Source of the DNA: the human T2T-CHM13v2.0 reference genome, Homo sapiens
Strand: one strand, 5' to 3'
Assembly: GCF_009914755.1 (NCBI RefSeq)
Contig: NC_060926.1
Length of the DNA: 64,000 nucleotides
A program made the position numbers and the translations under genes. This document shows positions 61,201 through 64,000 of this stretch, piece after piece. Under the pieces are notes generated by a model. The model made no database searches, was not told the DNA's origin, and worked only from the letters and a program-made list of their open reading frames with translations. How positions within the stretch are numbered: the stretch's first letter is position 1; each line of letters begins with the position of its first letter.

Positions 61201-64000
61201 TAATGAAATCCAGGAGAGGTAAAGGATTGAGTAACATTCTAAGATTTATTTTTTTTTGCCCTTGAAATTCTCTTTTTACAGTACTTGCTAGTGTTCTCTA
61301 CATTTTTTTAAGGTTAGACTTTGTACAGTTTCTCCAGTTGAAAAGATGCGAAGTTAATTGCATAATTACTGAAACGTAAGACATGTTCATCCCTTAATAT
61401 TACATTACACATACATGATAACTGGCTTTAATTCATCGTGCAGATTTGAGGCACTCATAAACTGGCCCTACATTTGTCCATTGAAAATATATGTACTATA
61501 AATGAAGGTTTCTTCCCTGGAAGAGAAAGTTCAGAAACTGTTTCCATATTTGCAACATGTGATCTAGAACTACATAAGTGGTACGTTTTTCATGTTTCAA
61601 TCTGAATCCTAAGTGATGGCATGGATTGGTTTAACCAGTTGCTCTGTATTATTTTAGCATAGAACTGACCATTGGCATCCCGCTCCCAAGATAATTTTCC
61701 TAAGGTGAGCTTTACCATGGAAGAAGATTGTGATTTTGATTTTATATCCCAAAATATATTTACTCAAAGTATGCTTTCCTCTGTATCCTAATAATTTAAG
61801 TTGGCTATTTTCCACAGAAAATTTCAATAACTTAAAAATGCTCAAAGTTATAAAATTACCTTAAGAACGAACTCAAAATGTATGGTGTTCTGAGGTCCAG
61901 GCGTTATGTGCTCGGGGTCCCTTACATCCTTGGCTAGATCATTACCCTTTCCAAAGTAGCTGGCCTCCTTGGGCTTATTATAAACTTACAAATGAGCAAC
62001 TATAGAAGGAAGTAAAGTTCCTTAAGAAAGTGGATGCGGGCCATTTTAGCTTAAGTAGTAAGCAAACGAGCTGAAGCTACACTTATCAAGAAAGCAAACA
62101 GCTTTCTTCCATGTGCTGCCAAATTCTTTTAGAGTATCCTTATAAAACCTGCAAAATGGACTCAAAATTTATAGCTTAAAGCTAACACTTATAAAGAAGA
62201 TCCGCATCCCAGGTTGTGAGTTTTGGGGATAGCACTTCAGAATGAGATAAAAGCTGCTTGAGGTTAGATACATATGAAGGCTTGTAAATATTTTGAAAAA
62301 TGGAATTAATATGTGTTCTGGCAGCACAAAAGTCTTTTAGGTAGCCTTGAGTTATTTTAGAGTGAGGGAGCTTTCCCTTCACATCTCATTGTGCCAAGTA
62401 GGACTCCTGCTCTAAGATGTCTTACACACCTGGCTCTAAGCAGCAGCTGTAGTAATGCATATGTGATGTCGCTGCTGACCTCAAGAGGGGGCTCCACACA
62501 TTGAGTAAAAACAAAGCAATCTTACATGGAGAGGCCTTCCTGACACTTGTCATCACTGCTGCCTTTGAATGTGTACCTTAGTGTCATCTCTGAGATAAGG
62601 GCCAGTTCTAATACATGTGGCTGATCAACAGGACATGGTTGAATACTTGGTAAGGACTTCTCTTTAGGAATGGTTTTCATGTATTAATCTAGTTTTAATT
62701 AATCTAAACATTGATGAACTTGATTATATTTTGGTGCAGAGCTGAACTGCTTTATCAGATGGGAAGTTTTGTCTCATGTTCACTAAATCCAAGTAAGTTT
62801 ACCCTAGAATTATTAAAAACAGAGAGAAGTTCTAGTTTCATGTCTTTCACGCTTCTGAACAACAACTTTTTGTGCTATCTGTTCTCTGATTTACACCCAC
62901 CAGACTAATTTACAAACAACTCCTTGCAGTGTATTAACGTTTCATGATGAGATGAAGTGGAAAGTGTTCTATGACACAAAAGCCCTTTACTCAAGGGGTA
63001 CCGCAGGGTTGAGAAAAGCTTTCCACTCCAAATGGTGTCATTATGTTCTCTATAATGGGTGCGATTGTTTAATAATGACATATTTGAGCTGAGATGATTG
63101 AACATACATTATTTGAGTAATAAAAACTCAATAGGCTATGCCTTTTTAAGCAGTTAATGTATGCCTAGGGTAAGATAAGACAGAAAAGCCTCGTTGTCAT
63201 CCTCCATAAAAAGAGCAAAATCTTAAAGGTGCAGGTTTGAAAGTATATTTCTGTAAACGGGATTTACACAGAAGGCTATCCTGTGTGCATAGCTGTTTCC
63301 TTTGAAAAGTTCCCTTTGTAGGAGCAACTTTGTTGAATAGATTCCTATTGAAATCCTATTAAAATAATGGTTTTTTCCAGCTGAGGAGGATTGGCTTGCC
63401 TTCAGTTTTGCAAGTGGGAAGCTCTTCTAATTTTAGGAGAGCTCCCTAACCTGCCACTTGACCTAACCTCTTTAGGTTGATGAACTTGAAATACTGCTGC
63501 TTCTTGGTAATCAGGTTCAGTCCAAAATTTTTTTCTAAGTATGTACCATATAAGAGACACTGTGCCAGACCTTGGCGGGAATACAGTGTACTTTGTATTT
63601 ACAGTCTCGCATGGAGACAGCCCTGAATATTACTAACCAAAATGCAGGACAGTGTGTGTTTAGTGTTGTAACGGAAGTGAGTAAGTAAAAATTAACTCAG
63701 ACTGAGGAAGTATAAATCTGTCTTGTCCTTCATCACACACAGATAAAGCCAGGAGACAATATTTCTCCCAAGGACCTGCTACAGCTATAACCTGTCATAA
63801 CTCCCTTCGAGTGACTATTTCCCTTCTTACTCGCTGAGAAACTTTCTTCTCTAAAATCACAGACTATCAGAAAATCTACGGTTGAAAGTTCTATCAGTAA
63901 GAATGAAACATCCCACTTTTACATAATTCACTTTGACAGAGAGAAGCAGCCTTGATTCCCAAAGGAAATGCAGAACTTCAGATAAGGACTTCTTGGACAC

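Noticed and set aside
63720-64000. Possible LTR-like sequence at the window end
   Set aside because: Family not recognisable and truncated by the window edge.

Overview
Human genomic DNA (a near-consensus AluYg6-type insertion points to human) containing exons 2-12 of ACTR3 (ARP3, actin-related protein 3 of the Arp2/3 complex) on the + strand. Exon 1 and the promoter lie upstream of the window. The 11 exons have canonical GT-AG boundaries and splice into residues 15-418 of ARP3 (stop at 54097-54099), followed by a long, repeat-poor 3'UTR with several poly(A) signals. Introns contain about 30 Alus, old L1/L2/MIR fragments, MaLR and MER21 LTRs, and Tigger/hAT DNA transposons; nearly all other ORFs in the track are repeat artefacts. 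The best novel candidate is a sense-oriented MER21-type LTR in intron 1. It has CCAAT/TATA boxes, a strong-Kozak ATG and a perfect splice donor that would splice in frame to exon 2, giving an ARP3 isoform starting MGNSSSSR (an N-myristoylation-like N-terminus) and lacking the phosphate-1 loop. This is a sequence-based hypothesis with no expression evidence. Other candidates: stop-free circRNAs (exons 4-11 are all phase 0), repeat-derived poison exons, and several small templated or retro-insertions. Repeat family names come from recall of consensus sequences and boundaries are approximate.
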